DNA of 64,000 nucleotides. Origin: the human T2T-CHM13v2.0 reference genome, Homo sapiens. Shown here in pieces: positions 1 through 13,123 of the stretch. The notes under the pieces were generated by a model that made no database searches, was not told the origin of the DNA, and saw only the letters and a list, made by a program, of their open reading frames with translations. Positions within the stretch are counted from its first letter, which is position 1; every line of letters starts with the position of its first letter. A program made the position numbers and the translations under genes. The DNA is taken from NCBI RefSeq assembly GCF_009914755.1, contig NC_060935.1, one strand, 5' to 3'.

Positions 1-232
1 TCCAGACAAGCCACATTAAGAGCTGTAACACTCACCATGAAGGTCTGCAGCTTCACTCGTGAAGCCAGCAAGACCATGAACCCACCAGAAGGAAGAAACT
101 CTGAACAGATCTGAACATCTGAAGGAACAAAGTCTGGACACACCACCTTTAAGAACTGTAACACTCACCGCGAGGGTATACGACTTCATTCTTGAAGTTA
201 GCGAGACCAAGAACCCACCAATTCTGGACACA
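1..232 (+). mobile_element. LTR12 (HERV9 LTR), 3' end (U5 repeats), cut by the window edge
   Basis: Repeated 'agctgtaacactcaccg/atgaaggtctgcagcttcact...gaacccaccagaaggaagaaactc' units ending in 'ccaattctggacaca'. No PBS follows, so it is a solo or 3' LTR. Confidence 0.9.
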
Positions 233-949
233 AATAGCATGAGTGGATTACTTCAACAGCCCTCAGTTGTCCAGATTTCAATCTTTATTATAAGCTGCTA
301 GAAGACCAATCTTCAATATTATGATGACTTAAAAGTTATGACTTTTTTAAAGATAGAATAATTAGAAATGATCAGAACAGACATTCTTCATGAACAACTC
401 AGATCCATTCATTACTTCTTACTGTCTTCTACATCAAATAAAAAGTTTTGAATCTGGATTTGACATTTTTAATGAACTGAAATCACCCTCCCTACCTATG
501 ATCTGCCTATTATTTCCCAGGATATAATTTACATTTAATTATCCAGTTAACCTCATGCCTACTCACTTGTTGGCCATACTTCGTGCATTAGTTTACCCCT
601 CACTCCCTCTGCCTGGTGAAGTTTTGCCACCCCTCTAGAATTAACCAAAAGCATTCTCTTTTATGGAACATTCAGGACTACTTTGCAACCTAATGTCACT
701 TTCCTTTATCTAACATCTTTGCCTGTGTGATGTAATTTAGCACATAATGATATCCTTGATGATTATTTATCCTTAATTCAGTAGCCTCCATTTTGGTATA
801 GTTCAGAATTTGTTTCTAGAGTTTAAATTTTTGCTTTGCTGTCTAGTAGATGCATGGCTTGCAGAAATTTTTACTTCTGAGTACAGTTTGGGTTTCTTCA
901 AAGGGATAACTTTTCATAGTATTAATGGGAAATATAGTTGATATATAAT

Positions 950-1386
950 AGTGATTAATTAACTATTGGTGCTATAACAATTAAGAGTGCTTAACCTCAC
1001 ATGTAGTAGCTCAAAATAACACAAACGTACTATCTTAGGAGGTAAGAAGTTTAAATGGGCAGGCAGGCCTGTGCTTATTCTGGAAGCTCTAGGGAAGAAT
1101 CCATTACCCTTCCTTTTCCATCATCCTAAGGCTGCCCACAGTACTTGGCTCACAGTCCCACATTACTGCAAACCTTGCTTCCATAGTCATATCTCCTCTG
1201 AATTTCCTGTCTCCCTCTTTCATTGATAAGGACCCTATGATCTTATTTGAGCTCTCAATATTCCAGGATAAACTTCCCAAATGAAGACCCTTAGTTTAAT
1301 CACATCTGCAAAGTCTCTTTTACCATGCAACATAACATATTTACAGGTTTTAGGAATGAGAATATAGACAACTTCAGTCTACTGCA
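950..1386 (-). mobile_element. MLT1C/D-like MaLR LTR
   Basis: 'ctggaagctctagggaagaatcc', 'taaggaccctatga' and 'ttaatcacatctgcaaagtctctttt' match the reverse complement of the MLT1 consensus. Boundaries approximate. Confidence 0.75.
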
Positions 1387-2270
1387 TATTACCCAATATA
1401 TATCAGTTCCTTTCTCTCATCGCCTAAATTATAAACTACATAAAGACAAATATGAAACTTCATTCTCCCTTCTGTTGCCTTTCCAACATTTATCATGGTG
1501 CAAAGTTAACGGCAGATGCTAAAAGAAAGGACTGTTAATTTTTATCAAACTCTATGTCATATTTGATGGGATTGAATTATTCACTCCTGTCTCCATTACA
1601 CAGCCCATTTTGTAGGACAGTTACATACAGACCCTACAGGCTAGCACAGAAAACAGCAACAACATATTTCAATCCATCCCCAGTAGGGCTAATTCAAGAT
1701 TTTCATTTGTCCAGCCCTACAATAACTTTTTTGTTCTAATTTGTTTGGGTAATTTCACCTGACTTCTCAGAATTTTCTTTCATAAAAAATATATAATTTG
1801 TCATTTTGTCATTTACAATTCCATATGTCAACTAAGAATTTGAGGAACACATTTATTCCTCATATGAAAATAGAAATTCTATTACAAAGTCATAATTTTT
1901 AAATAAATTATTATTTTAGAAAACCAACCTCTAACTACAAATGGTTAAGAGAATATGTTTTCTTTTTTGCTTTTAAGCTTCACAAGGTGGTATACAGTGT
2001 CATAGTTCTTCTCTTAAGAAAAAATAAAATATCTTCATTCTCAAATAGTTAAACCATCATATAATCATCTTAGGAGACATGTGAACATAAAAGTCTATAC
2101 TTCAACATAGAAAGCCTCTGAATTAGAATTTGGAGTTTTCTTCCTTTGATACAGTTTTTTAAAGACACATGTTTCCCCAGCTCATTTCAAGTTTCCTTGG
2201 TTGTGAGTTGAGTTTTTTATATTATCCTGAGAACACAAAATTCCACTAAAGCAGTCATCCTGGTCATATC

Positions 2271-2729
2271 TGTAGGGTCCCCTAGTTTCCCCTGCTTTCT
2301 TTCTACATCATGACTGAAAAATCACAAAGTGCCCAGCCAACTGCAGGTGTTTCCCAGCAGGCTTGAACTCAAACCAGGGCCTTGAACATTCCCAGGCACT
2401 AATAAAGGTATCGAGATTGTTGCCCAAAACACTGAAAGATATTGGCCCCAACCCTGAGCCAAATTCCTTAAGCCTTCATGTATACTCCATACCTGCTCAC
2501 AGCGGGCATACCACAGTAGAACATTCCTATTCTCTCACTGTCCATCACGAGGACATACAGCAGCATTCTGTGCATAAGTTCCCCTGATAAATCAACCCGG
2601 TGGCTTCGCACTTCTTTCTTTGGAATCCCAATCAGCACCACAACAAGATGGTTGGGTTACTCCCTTGTGGGAATTCCCCTGCCTCTGCTTTTGGGGCAGT
2701 GCCAGCCTCTGGGTCAGCAGTACAAAACA
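2271..2729 (+). mobile_element. ERVL-class solo LTR (LTR47A-like)
   Basis: TG...CA termini (tgtagggtcc...tacaaaaca). Core 'ccagggccttgaacattcccaggcact...ccctgagccaaattccttaa' resembles LTR47; subfamily from memory. Confidence 0.6.
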
Positions 2730-3941
2730 TCAACTTACCTATCACCACTGAAAATGAAACATCAAAAATGCCTCTGAACATGAACATCTGTAGAAAACAC
2801 ACACAGTCATGTGCATACACACACACACAGTTGTGAATGAAAACAAACAAAAAAAAATGAGTCTAACTCAACCACCAACATAATGTTACAGAGGTCACTT
2901 AAAAATCGGGAACTCATACCTAATCATTTGACTCTATGCCACGTTCAAGCCCAGAAAGTCTTTCACTGGTAGAAATGTCCCTTGGTGCCTAAGGAATTTT
3001 GCATTCACAAATTAGCAAAAGATAATGTGTCACGCTTTGACCTTCTTAGACCTTACTTGGTTGAGTCATATTTCTAATGTTGTTTTAATGTGATTTTCTG
3101 AATTGAATTAATTGTTAACTTGTTACAGTGTGAAGACTATTAAAAAAAAAAAAAAAAAAAAAACTAGGATTTTATCTGTTTCCATTTCCTACTACTGGGT
3201 GTTACTGTTCCCTGAGGAAAATAGCCACCAAGGCATCAAAGCTTTCACGGGCAACAACAGAAAAACTTATTACCAAGTTTTGCCATCAGACCAAAATGCC
3301 AAGTTACACACGATTGTCTGCCTCTTTCTCTACCAGAAAGAAAACAAACAAACTCAGGGCTTGATATAATGCTAAATCTTTTCATGACATCAAAGGTTCC
3401 ATTTTAGATTAATTTTCTTCCTACATTTGAAGATTATACATTATGTATAATTTATTTTATAATTTATAATAAAAAATAACATACATAAAATTCTAGAAAA
3501 CTTAAAAGATGGTTACAGAAGCTCCAACCATTTCTATCTGGAGAAACTTAACTTCGCATACTACAAAAAAAAAATCTCTTTTACAAACCATCCACCCCCT
3601 CCCCCACATAAATATATAACTTCTCGTCTAATTGCCACATCATTTTAAAATTTTAATACATTTTCATTCCAAATTAAATTTTAACTGTAAGCACTGGATG
3701 TGGAAAGCCCCTGTGTAAGTTGTAGTGAGAGATTTAGATCTGAACATGGGCTTTACCTGCAAAGAGCTAAATGTAAAAATAGAGTGATAAAAAAGAATCT
3801 CTAAAACTCATATCTTAGAATTATATCCCTTTGTTGATCGAACCCCCCAATGGAGAAACTACCCATATTATATACAGAAAGTAGCTTCTGGGAAAAACAG
3901 AAAGGTTAAGTCAATTTTATCATCCTTATAAATGATAAAGT

Positions 3942-3981
3942 TATATATATATATATGTATATGTGTATATATATATGTATA

Positions 3982-4049
<68 letters not shown>
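3942..4049. repeat. Compound (TA)n/(TG)n microsatellite
   Basis: Read directly. Confidence 0.97.
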
Positions 4050-4053
<4 letters not shown>

Positions 4054-4778
4054 ACCAACCAAGGGCAGACTAAATATATTCTATTACATTTTCCTGCAGA
4101 ATTTCCATTAAAAGTACAAGAGAAAATGTATCTATCCACAAAGGAATCTAGCAGTAAAGGAAAAATGCAGTACCTTTGTGTAGAACACAGGGTCTTGAAA
4201 TATCTGACCCCCATATTTTTGATCTCATAAAGCAGGAAAATGTTGAGGACAGGAGAATTCCTGCTGAGAACAAGAGAGCGACAGAGAGTTCTCTACTCAC
4301 ACAGTTTGGGTGGACTCTTCTCAGGAGCCAGGAGGTCTTCTACTGCAATGATCTAACCTCTGCTGGCCCCCTAACCACTGACTCACTTATCCACAACAAT
4401 AATTGATTTCTCTACTATAAATGCAGCTAAAGGAAAAGACAGGAAAGGAGTTTTTAAGTTCATTTTAAGTAAATATTTCCAAAGAGAAAAGTGAAGTATA
4501 AAGTCTATTTCCTCCCCTACCTCTTTCTCTCTGTCCCCTCTCCCCTTCTCTTTCTCTCTATCAGTCTCAGACACAAAAGCTCAGATACTATTTCACATGT
4601 TTTTTCTCTGAAGCCAAATAATTTAAGAGCCATGTGCAGCCACACAGAGAGTCATAAAGGTGATAATGATGATATCTTCCTATAAGTCATGTAGGTTTGA
4701 AGCTTCCACAGCCCTTTAGAAGCTCACTGAAACACTGATTGAATGGAATGTGTATGTGACTAAAGAGAGAATCACAGG

Positions 4779-5022
4779 TTTGGTAGTTAAGTGGATTCTC
4801 AAATCAGGACAAGGGGAGACTTACATTTCGGCCATCATACTTAACAGTCATGTGCACTTGGGCTAGTTCTTTATCTTCTATAAGCTTTCATTCTCTCTCT
4901 TTTAGGTGAAGTGAGGACAATTATACTTACCTTATAGCATTATTGCAAGGTATGCTGCAGACAGTGGTATCACAGCATCTAGAGCCCCATATCTATAATG
5001 TAATAACTGCTCAATAAATGTT
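4779..5022 (+). mobile_element. MIR
   Basis: Degenerate core 'tgtgcacttgggctagttcttt' and 3' end 'gctcaataaatgtt'. Confidence 0.6.
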
Positions 5023-6699
5023 TTTTTTTAAAGAAACAAGCAAATGCAATATAAGGAAGATTTCTTAAATCTGCTGATATCCTTTTTCTGCTTTGGCAAG
5101 TAGATATTGGTGGCTGAGGGTCACAGTGACTTTTCAGCATCAACCTAAGTCAGAGCTGCAGGTTTAGAAGGATTCAATACCAGACTGAATATCTGCCCCA
5201 GAACCTGTTTTTTTCCCCCTTCGTTCTTTCCTTCCTTACTTCTTTTATAAAAATCTACATTGAGTAACAACTGTGGTTATATTGTGCTACAGGTTTATGA
5301 TAGAGAAATAATAATACAGTTAATATTTCAGAGAAGTCCCGGTCTAGCTGGGAAAAGGGAGAAGTCAAATGGTAGTCATAAAATAGGAAATCAGTGTTAG
5401 GACAGGTATGTTCTAAGGTGTTTTAAAACATCAAAGGGAGGTCAGCTGAATTGGATCGGGAGATTGAGGGACAGTCTTTGCAACGATGATGATTAAGAAG
5501 ACCCCAGCCAAAACACATGGACATTCAAAGCTTCTGCCTATACAACACATAACACACTCAGCATAAAATGAGCCTTAAGGCCACGTGTATGTGAGGAACT
5601 ACTTTCTGGTTTGGCTCAGAATCTTCACTATCAGATTGTCAGGTCAGTACTCCCAGTACTTCAGGTAGCTAAGTATAAAAATGCATGAAAAAGTTATTTA
5701 ATTCAGAGATTTATGAAGTCCACAAAAGGTTTTGTTGAGAATGACTGTGTTCTCGCTGTGAAATAAGAATGACCTACATTTTACTAGAGAGCTGAAAAAG
5801 AAAAACTCATAAAACAAGCTACAAAAGATTTACAGTGTGATCCTGTCAAATTTCACCTCTCTCTTCTCTAAGGAACTAATGAAAATGCTTAGCAGACCAA
5901 TGTTTCAGCAAGGTTTCCATTTTTCTTCTAGTATGGTCCACATTTTTCTGTTCCACTCTGTTCCTTATTTGCCAGCCTAAGCTGGTGTTACTTTCTTGAA
6001 TTGGGGTTGTTACTACTATATGATTTTTCAATCTCTATGAATGTGACAGCATTTACTTAGTTTATTATATTTGCAGAAACTAGAACTATTATGTGCTTAG
6101 GTGCACACCAAACATTTGATGTATGAACAAATGCCTCCCCCCCAAAAAATAAACACTGAACTTGATAGAAAATTTTTTTAAATCTCTGTGCAGTCTTTTA
6201 CTCCATGTCTTTCTTTAATCTAGTTTCAGAGCTGTGCCAATGGCAAATATTACATTTTGTTCTTTGTGGCTAGAAGAAATAGGTCTGAATTGCAACTAGA
6301 ATCCAAAATGAAAATGGAAGTGCCATTGGACAGAACTATGGCTGTTTCTATTGAATCATTTAGGACTCTTGGTGTCTAACCTTGACAACCCACCACTGAG
6401 TAGAACACACAGGAACATTAAAGGAATTAAACAGGTGGATTGGATCAGGAGCTGCATTGTATTCATCATGCTGGGGTCTGAAGGGTCATGCAGGGAGTAA
6501 AAGTCTGGGGTTGAACCCTGACAGGTCATGTGAGCCATGCCATGGGGTTAGACAAATATCAGGTGCAGTAGGGATGCAATTAGATTCAAAACTAAACTTC
6601 GCTGACATTTGTAGAAATTATAAAAAATTATACATTTTAATAGTCCATTTAGATAAAATTAAGTGAAAAAGGCACATTCAGATATTGCTAATTAAAGTG

Positions 6700-7255
6700 T
6701 AGTTTTGTATCAACACTTCTACAGAATAGTTTAACAAAATATTTCAGAAATAACTTTAAAAATCCATAACCTTTGGTCAAGATTTTTTATTTTGAGGAAT
6801 TTATCCTAAGAAAAAGTATAGACATATAAAAACATATGTTTGTATCTGCAAATATATTATGTACAATGTTAATTACAATGTAGCTAAAAAAATAGTGAAA
6901 CATTTAAATAACCCAAATATTCAATATTAGTCTTGATTATCTAAATTACAGCTTATCTATTTAACAGAAGATCACGTAACTGTTGTAAATCATGTTATGC
7001 CATATGCATTCTCTTTGGGGACTAAATTGATGCTTCGGGGGAGTTAAAATCTTGCTCTTTCTATATAAAGTGCACAGATATAAATAAGTGCACAAACAGA
7101 TATACAATGTATCTGTGGTATTAAAATTCCATGGAGGAAGCAATTAGGTAAAAAATGTTTTACACAGCTCCTTTTGTGGGACAATAATGAACCAAACATT
7201 GAGAAATACTATTGTAGAAAAATATTTATTGACAAGGAAAATATTCTTGATAATT
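6700..7255 (+). mobile_element. Ancient L1M(E) 3' fragment
   Basis: 'ccataacctttggtcaag...ggaatttatcctaag' is typical of L1ME 3' regions. Boundaries approximate. Confidence 0.5.
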
Positions 7256-7289
7256 ATAACCGCAGTAATCATTGTAGTTATAACAATAT

Positions 7290-7523
7290 CTAATCAAATG
7301 GGCCCAATGTTATGTGCTTTAAATAGACAATATGGTTTAATTCTCAGAAAGTGCTTATGAAATAGGTATTATTCCCACTTCATAAGCAAAGAAAAGCAAA
7401 GTGAGAAACACTATTATTTCCCCAGATAAGAAAACTAAGGGTCAATGTGCCCTATGTAACACTAAGAAATTCAGACTGAGGTCTAGATCTGTCTGAATCA
7501 AGTAAACATAATCTTAGCAATTA
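7290..7523 (-). mobile_element. MIR
   Basis: 'tatgaaataggtattattcccactt' reverse MIR core. Confidence 0.6.
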
Positions 7524-7548
7524 TGTAAGTTTCCAAATGTTGTAATGA

Positions 7549-7572
7549 TACACACACACACACACACACACA
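7549..7572. repeat. (CA)n microsatellite
   Basis: Read directly. Confidence 0.95.
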
Positions 7573-8924
7573 CGAATGGAAGCATGTAAACCAAATATTA
7601 GTGAAAAGTCTATGAAAGTTTAATTTCTTTGGCTTTTATTATCAAATATTCTGTCTGGTATGCATATTATTTTTAATAAAGAATAAGCAGTAAATCTTAT
7701 GTAAATAGCTAACCTTGCCCTCAAGGACCTTTCAGATAAGCAGGAGAAAGAAGACGTGAAAGCAAATAGGATGTGAGTGGGATTAAGTCCTACTTCAGTC
7801 ACTCACTAACTTATTTCTTGGGCAAGTTTCCCAAACCTTCTTTGGGTCTTAGATGATAAACAGAAATGAAAATATCTGTGAGGATAAATATGAAAAGAAT
7901 CAGAAATGGGAAGTAAGCCTCCAACTCCCTTCCCTGCTGCCCCACCAGCCTTGCTCCAGGGGCTCAGATGCAACTGGTACCAAGGCTACAGAGACAATGT
8001 CCAAGGTAAGGCATGCGGACATGAAAGTGACCTTGAATACCAGGCTAAGGAATTCAGACAAAACCCAGTAAACGTTCTCTTGAATTAATTCCTAATATCA
8101 GTAGGCTCAATTTTCTACTTTTTTTTCCTTTTCTTATCTTTGCTTTCAACCCTCCACTTTTAGAATAGGCTAAGGAAATTTTTAAGTTAACCCCAGGGTT
8201 CATATTAATTGAATTTTTTGTTATTTCTTGATATAAAGCTTGCTAGAGATGTCTCCTGCACTAAAGGACTTATTAACAGGGGAAATGGCTCATTCTGCAG
8301 CCTGCCAGCATAATTCAGAGCAGCCTGGCACCTGCCTTGTTCAATTAATAAGCAGGTAAGGGTTATATCTGATCACACATTTTCCCTTCTCCTCTCCTCA
8401 TCCACCTTGAACAATCATTAGAGCCAAATGGGTTCTGTTCTATGCTCCTGGGAAAGGCTTCCTCCCAAAGTCATTCTTCTCTGGATCTCCACTTGTTGTG
8501 GCCTTCCTTGGGCAGATGGTGTCTGGAAGGCATGATTGATAAACATGTTTAAATATAGAAGGCAATCTTTTCTGGGTGCCAAGCAATTACTCAACATCAC
8601 AGATAGGCCTGCCATGGACCAACAAAATAGCTATAGTTTATTATTTCACACATTGAGGAAATGGAAAATTATTAAGAAACCATCAAATGACAGTGTGCCT
8701 GTAAAATCTGGAAAACATTTACCAGCCACCATTTGCAAGCAAAGCCGCCAGATTATAGGAAGGCTGAAAGTCACCTTGCCTTCTTCACATGCTGTGGAGT
8801 CAGTTTGGTGAGATGCATCTCCTTCTAAGGAAAATAGCTCTACTTCAGAGCAAATTTTAAACTAGCCAAACTACACCTCATCACAACCTGATTGCTTTCT
8901 TCCCAGCAACTGACATGAATAAAT

Positions 8925-9170
8925 GTAATAATCATGAGTGTTGCAATTACTTTGACATCACATGGATCAGGTGCCATGTCAAGCACTTTACATACATGGC
9001 CTGGCTTAATCCCCATGACAAATACTCTGGTGGGTACTCTTACCTCCCAAATAATAGCTGCAAAAATTAAGGCTCAGGAAGGTTTAATTGTTTAAGGTAA
9101 GCTTAACAGTGCTAGAGGCAGAATTCATACCCAGAGGTGTCTGATTCCAAATCCTATGTTTGTTTCACAG
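8925..9170 (-). mobile_element. MIR
   Basis: 'aagcactttacatac...aaggctcaggaaggtttaa...agaggcagaattcatacccag...tgtctgattccaaa'. Confidence 0.65.
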
Positions 9171-9329
9171 GACTAGGATGACCTTCACTTCACTATAATC
9201 CACTCAACACAATTCAGGCCTCTTCAAGTCCTCATCATCACAAATATCCTAGCCCTACCCTACCACCTTCTTTAAGGTGTGCCTGCATGTATTAAGGAAT
9301 ACATATTGGAGAGGATCCTCTCAGACAAT

Positions 9330-9445
9330 AAAATGGCTTCAAGTTTTGAAGATTAAATTATGGACACTGCCTAGTGTTTATGAGGAGAAAATGGCTTCAA
9401 GTTTTAAAGATTAAATTATGGACACTGCCTAGTGTTTATGAGGAG
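9330..9445. repeat. 58-bp tandem duplication (2 copies, 1 mismatch)
   Basis: aaaatggcttcaagttttRaagattaaattatggacactgcctagtgtttatgaggag at 9330-9387 and 9388-9445. Confidence 0.97.
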
Positions 9446-9486
9446 AAAGAGCTGAGCTGACCCATTTAATATAGAAAAAAAATTGA

Positions 9487-9835
<349 letters not shown>

Positions 9836-10138
9836 AGGAAGAGTTTTTAATAAGGACTGAGTTAACCATAATCTAACCACCACATCCCTCCCCTACAACA
9901 TCATATGTTTATGATCAAAGTATTAGATGTTTAAAAAGAAGTAAGACATACCTACAGAGATGGAAGAGTGTCAGATTTAAATTAAATTCTTATTGTATCA
10001 TATTTATTTTATTTCTTTTATGTGGATCTATGTTTGTAGAACAATGCTTGGGTACATTTCTCAGATTAGGTAAGGAGATGGGGGATAATCAAAAGAGGAG
10101 AAGGTCCAGAAGGGAGCAATGGAAATTTTATGGGATGA

Positions 10139-10302
10139 GGCTGGGTGTAGTGGCTCATGTCTGTAATCCCAGCACTTTGGGAGTTAGAGATGTGCAGATC
10201 ACTGAGGCCAAGAGTTTGAGACCAGCCTGGTTAACATAGCAATAACCCATCTCAAAGGGAAGGAAAGAAAGGAAAGGAGGGAAAGGAAGGAAAGAAAGGA
10301 AA
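10139..10302 (+). mobile_element. FLAM (free left Alu monomer) with GGAA-rich tail
   Basis: Left monomer only, flanked by 16-bp TSD aaattttaYgggatga (10123-10138 and 10303-10318). Confidence 0.88.
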
Positions 10303-10354
10303 AAATTTTACGGGATGAAAAAATCCTGCTATATCATACTTTTTAAAAAGTTAC

Positions 10355-10900
10355 TGTGATAGTTAATATTAAGTATCAATTTGATTGGATTGAAGGAGGC
10401 AAAGTATTGTTTCTGGGTGTATCGGTGTTTCTGGGTGTTGCCAGAAGGGCTTAACATTTGAGTCAGCAGACTGGGAGAGGAAGACCCACCCACAATGTTG
10501 ATAGGCACCAGCCTATATCGGCTGTCAGCGTGGCTAGAAAAAGCAGGCAGAAGGTGAAAGAAGCTGACTTGCTGAGTCTTCCAGCCTTCATCTTTCTCCT
10601 GTGCTGGATGCTTCCTGCCCTCAAACATCAGACTCCAAGTTCTTTGGCTTTTGGACTCTTGCACTTACACCAGTCATTTTCCAGGGGCTCTCAGGCCTTC
10701 GCCACAGACTGAAGGCTGCACTGTCAGCTTCCCTACTTTTGAGGTTTTAGGACTTGAACTGGCTTCCTTGCTCCTCAGCTTGTAGATGGCCTATCATGCA
10801 CCTTTACCTCATGATTATGTGAGTCAATTCTCCTTAATAAATTCCCTTTCATATATACATATATCCTATAAGTTCTGTCTCTTTAGAGAACCCTAATACA
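10355..10900 (+). mobile_element. MLT2A (HERV-L) solo LTR
   Basis: tgtgatagttaatat...gattggattgaagga...gagaaccctaataca, with perfect 5-bp TSD GTTAC on both sides. Confidence 0.92.
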
Positions 10901-11208
10901 GTTACCTGTTGATGACTGTGTGTTGTGTGTCTACATTTTATGGTTATAAATACAAAAAAAAAATGAAAATACAAATGAAACCCTAGATTTCCATTTGACT
11001 TTATAGTCAAAGACATGACAGTAAAAGTTCCTTACTAGCTATTTGATCTTAACATACCTACTTAAACTATCAATGCCTCTGCTTTCTACCTGTGAGCATC
11101 TATTATTATTAAGAGCTGTTTGCAGTAATAAGGTTCATTAGGTCCTCAATAAGCCAATCTTGTTTGGTGGATTGTATAAAATAATGTTCATAAAATACCA
11201 AGCAAGCA

Positions 11209-12018
11209 TACTACAGCTCAATAAGTCCTTCTTGCCTGCTGAAGAGAAAAACCCAATACACTAAGATAGTAGGTGTTGCAGTAGAGGAAGAGCTTAATAA
11301 TCATGGAGCACCAAGAGAGGAGGACAGGAGATTTTGCTCAAGTCTGCCTCCCAAGAACTCAGAAGCTAGAGTTTTTAAGGATAATTTGACAGGCAGGGGC
11401 TAGGGAATGAGTGCTGCTGATTGGTTACAGATGAAATCATAGGGATTTCTAAACTATGAAATCAAGTGTCTTCATGTGCTGAATCAGTTTCCAGGTAGGG
11501 CTCACAGGACTAATCAAGTCAATTCTGTGGTATGGGTCATGGGTCTGGGTGGCATCAGTTGCTCTGCCAGAATGTGAAAGTCTGAAAAATAGCTCAAAGA
11601 CCAGTCTTAGGTTTTACAATAGTGACGTTATCTATGGGAGCAACCGGGGGTAGTTAAAAATCTTGTGACTTCTGACTATGTGACTCCTGAGCAGCAACTG
11701 TAGAAAAGGAAACTAGGGAGCAATGGCTGTTTATCATTTAAGTAAGCCTACATCATAGCAGAATTCAGGACCTTCCCATAATTCTAAACTTGAAGACTTT
11801 CATTAGCTTTGCAAAGGCAGTTTCAGTCCCCAAAGAGGGGGCTAGTTTTAGAAAGTGACTATCATCATCCTTGCTTTAAACTATAAGCGAAATTTCTCCC
11901 ATAGTTAACTTGGCTTATGCCCAGGAATGAACAAGGGCAGTTAGCTTGTGAAATTAGAAACCAGATGGAGTCAGTGATGTTACATTTCTCTATTACAGTT
12001 TTTGCAAAGGCAATTTCC
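11209..12018 (-). mobile_element. LTR8-family (ERV1) solo LTR
   Basis: Reverse complement begins 'gaaattgcctttgcaaaa...gactccatct...tgttcattcctgggcataagcc', matching LTR8/LTR8B. Confidence 0.75.
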
Positions 12019-12114
12019 AGAAGACAGACTATCAAGAATAAGTACTCAGTAAAAGTTAGTAGCTATTGTCCTTATTTTTGCAGCATAATACTTGGCTAAT
12101 GATACATACCAAAT

Positions 12115-12590
12115 CTATTTATTCATTCTCCCAAGGAATATGTTTGTTGAATATGTACTATATGCCAGGTCAATTCTTGATGCTGGGGAAATTGTGGTAA
12201 AGCAGACAGACAAAGCCCATGTTTCCATGGAGCCTAAACTCCTGATGTTGAAGACAATACAATTAAATGGACAAGCAATTTTGGATACTGCTAAATCCCA
12301 GAAAGAAACTATTAATAAGGTCAAGTGACCCATATTGATAGGAAAGTGTATCTAAGATAGAGGGATCAGGAAAACCTCTTTGAAACAGACAAAGCATAAG
12401 GAATAAGCCATATGGAGATCTGGGGAGGGGCCTTTTAAGCAGGGGAAGCAAGTGTTAAAACCATAAGAGAAACCAGCTTGGAGTGTAAATGTAGAGTAAG
12501 AATTACTCTATGTGATTGGAGAGTGATGATTCAAGGGAGAGTAAGGGAGATGAATAGATACAGCTAGATAGGCCAGAACCAGATAAGGAG
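12115..12590 (-). mobile_element. L2 3' fragment
   Basis: 'attcattc...tactatatgccagg...atgctgggga...atggagcct' is a reverse L2 3' end. Confidence 0.65.
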
Positions 12591-12836
12591 ACAGAGGTGA
12601 AGAGAAACCAGAGGAGACCCCTATACTATGTCACGTGCCAAGATTACTTCCAAAGAGATCAAAAGATTAAACATAAAATATGAAAACATTATAATAATTG
12701 TAGGGGGTTATTTGATTCTAGAAAGGTGAAAACCTTTTAAAGCATTCAATTAACAGCACAAATCATAATGGAATAAACAGATGTATATGAACACATAACA
12801 CCTTCCAGTTCCCATGCATTAAAAGTATAATAAATA

Positions 12837-13123
12837 GGTTGGGCATGGTGGCTCATGTCTGCAATCCCAGCAGTTTGGGGGGCTGAGGTGGGTGGATCAC
12901 CTGAGGTCAGGAGTTCACGACCAACCTGGTCAACATGGCGAAACCCTGTCTCTAATGAAAATACAAAAATTAGCTGGTTGTGGTGGTGCACGCCTGTAAT
13001 CCCAGCTATTTAGAAGGCTAAGGAAGGAGAATGGCTTGAATCTAGGAGGTGGAGTTTGCAGTGAGCCGAGATCACACCATTGCACTCCAACCTGGGCGAC
13101 AGAGCAAGACTCCATCTCAAAAA
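12837..13123 (+). mobile_element. AluS (Sx/Sz-like)
   Basis: Full dimer with 'ggatcacctgaggtcaggagttc' and a short A tail. Confidence 0.92.

Noticed and set aside
1-232. Repeat-spacer-like periodicity
   Set aside because: These are the known LTR12 U5 tandem repeats, not a CRISPR array.
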